Assembly (NCBI GenBank): GCA_043228905.1
Contig: JBHGNT010000016.1
Location: forward strand, 3,410,001-3,474,000
Direction of reading: 5' to 3'
Origin: Azolla caroliniana
Taxonomy: Eukaryota > Plantae > Polypodiophyta
Length of the DNA: 64,000 nucleotides
A model generated the notes under the pieces. That model had not been told where the DNA came from, did no database searches, and worked only from the letters and a program-made list of their open reading frames with translations. Below are positions 62,786 to 64,000 of this stretch, one piece after another; position 1 is the stretch's first letter; each line of letters begins with the position of its first letter. Made by a program: the position numbers and the translations under genes.

Positions 62786-63751
62786 ATGTGCAATATTACA
62801 GTTGATGCAGAGACCATACCATGGGGTGGACAGGTATACACTTGGCCGAACCATTTTCACCTTTCCCTTCCTTCCTTCTTACATACTTTGCATTCTGTGT
62901 TTGATTCAATTTTTTAAAATTGAACCTCTCCCTTCTTTTCAATATCCCTACGTTGTTTTTCTTTGCTGTCTTCTCTTCAGGAACATGTCGTGAAGACGTC
63001 CTTTGGAGGCTCCTCTGTCTCTGTCTTTGTTTGTGGTGACCAATCAAAACCTGCTCTCATTACTTATCCTGACATAGCCTTGAACTGTAAGTATACGCAT
63101 ACACACGCCATACCAACTGATCCCATTACATCTTTTTTATCTTTCGATTGAATTTTTGAACTTAAGTAAATCTGTTTTTTTGCTGCTAAACCAAGAGTTT
63201 CCTTGTTCATTTATTTGGTTAATTACAGCCATGTATGTTTCAAGCTTTCAATTGAATTTTTGAACTATGAAAATCTGTTTTTGCTGCTACTCCAAGAGTT
63301 TCCTTGTTTATTTATTTGGTTAATTACAGAAATGTATGTTTCAAGCTTTCAAATTGAATTTTTGAACTGTGAAAATCTGTTTTTGCTGTTAATCCAAGAG
63401 TTTCCTTGTTTATTTATTTGGTTAATTACAGATATGTCATGTTTCCAAGGCCTCCTCCTCTGCCCTGAAGCAGCGTCTCTTATCTTTCACAACTTCTGTA
63501 TCTACCACATTGACGCACCTGGCCATGAGGTAATGGAAAAATGCAAAGAATGAGAAAAAATGAAAGAAATTAACGCTTCTACTAGGAAGAAAGATGGAGA
63601 TTTTGTTTTCTCATTATTCTAACAAATTCTGTTGGTGTTCTTCTTCTTCGCAATATATATAGTTGGGGGCAGCTGCAATACCTCCATGTGAACCCACCCT
63701 ATCCACAGAAGACCTAGCTGATCAAGTGGGTGAAGTATTGAACCACTTTGG
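62786..63751 (+). CDS. NDL: NDL / pollen-specific SF21-like (NDRG alpha/beta-hydrolase fold) protein, 5' partial; continues past the window
   Basis: Exons 62786-62833, 62981-63086, 63432-63529 and 63663-63751 give [22 protein letters not shown]...[53 protein letters not shown]...[14 protein letters not shown]. Confidence 0.93.
63147..63450. repeat. Three tandem copies of about 101 bp spanning the NDL intron-2 3' splice site
   Basis: attgaatttttgaac...ccaagagtttccttgtt.atttatttggttaattacag ends at 63228, 63329 and 63431. Confidence 0.92.
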
Positions 63752-64000
63752 GTGAGTTGTTTTGTAATTTATTTTACATTTCCGTGTCATTGCTTCATTA
63801 AGAACTGATGCTCCGATTCCAATGGCAATGCTTCCTCAAGAAAAGCCCTCTTTGTTTAATTTCCGTCACTAAAAACTCGAGTTCTCCTGTAGAGGTACAG
63901 AAGAACATAGGTGAATTGGCCTAACAACCAATCTATAGCTGGATTAAGGCCCAACATCTTATGAGATTTTATTGTGCTCATTGAGATATATACCAATAAC

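Overview
This is a eukaryotic, AT-rich land-plant nuclear window. The compact introns, many GA/CT microsatellites and divergent protein sequences suggest a seed-free plant such as a fern, which is an inference. I rebuilt six intron-containing genes by hand from GT-AG junctions and reading phase. They are a BEL1-like TALE homeodomain gene (+, 15079-18593), a plant-type Rab5 ARA6/RABF1 (+, 21769-25707), an uncharacterised 7-exon, 458-aa gene (-, 35082-28317), mitochondrial pyruvate dehydrogenase E2 (+, 37708-44462), RNA polymerase II largest subunit NRPB1 (-, 54959-47069), and the 5' part of an NDL/SF21 gene (+, 62786 onward). The most interesting candidate is the 458-aa gene. It joins a Ser/Pro-rich, plant-like N-terminus to a C-terminal domain resembling a small prokaryotic helix-hairpin-helix (EndoIII/HhH-GPD superfamily) protein, now split by spliceosomal introns, so it is a candidate domesticated horizontal transfer. 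Its introns carry a decayed 18S rRNA fragment, a solo-LTR-like element and a 5x40 bp minisatellite. Other notable items are a PRE-like, uORF-dense BEL1 leader with a TGATTGACAG TALE site, a triplicated splice acceptor and an ACGT-box cluster at NDL, MITEs, and decayed TE debris. No database searches were run, so family assignments rest on recognised motifs.
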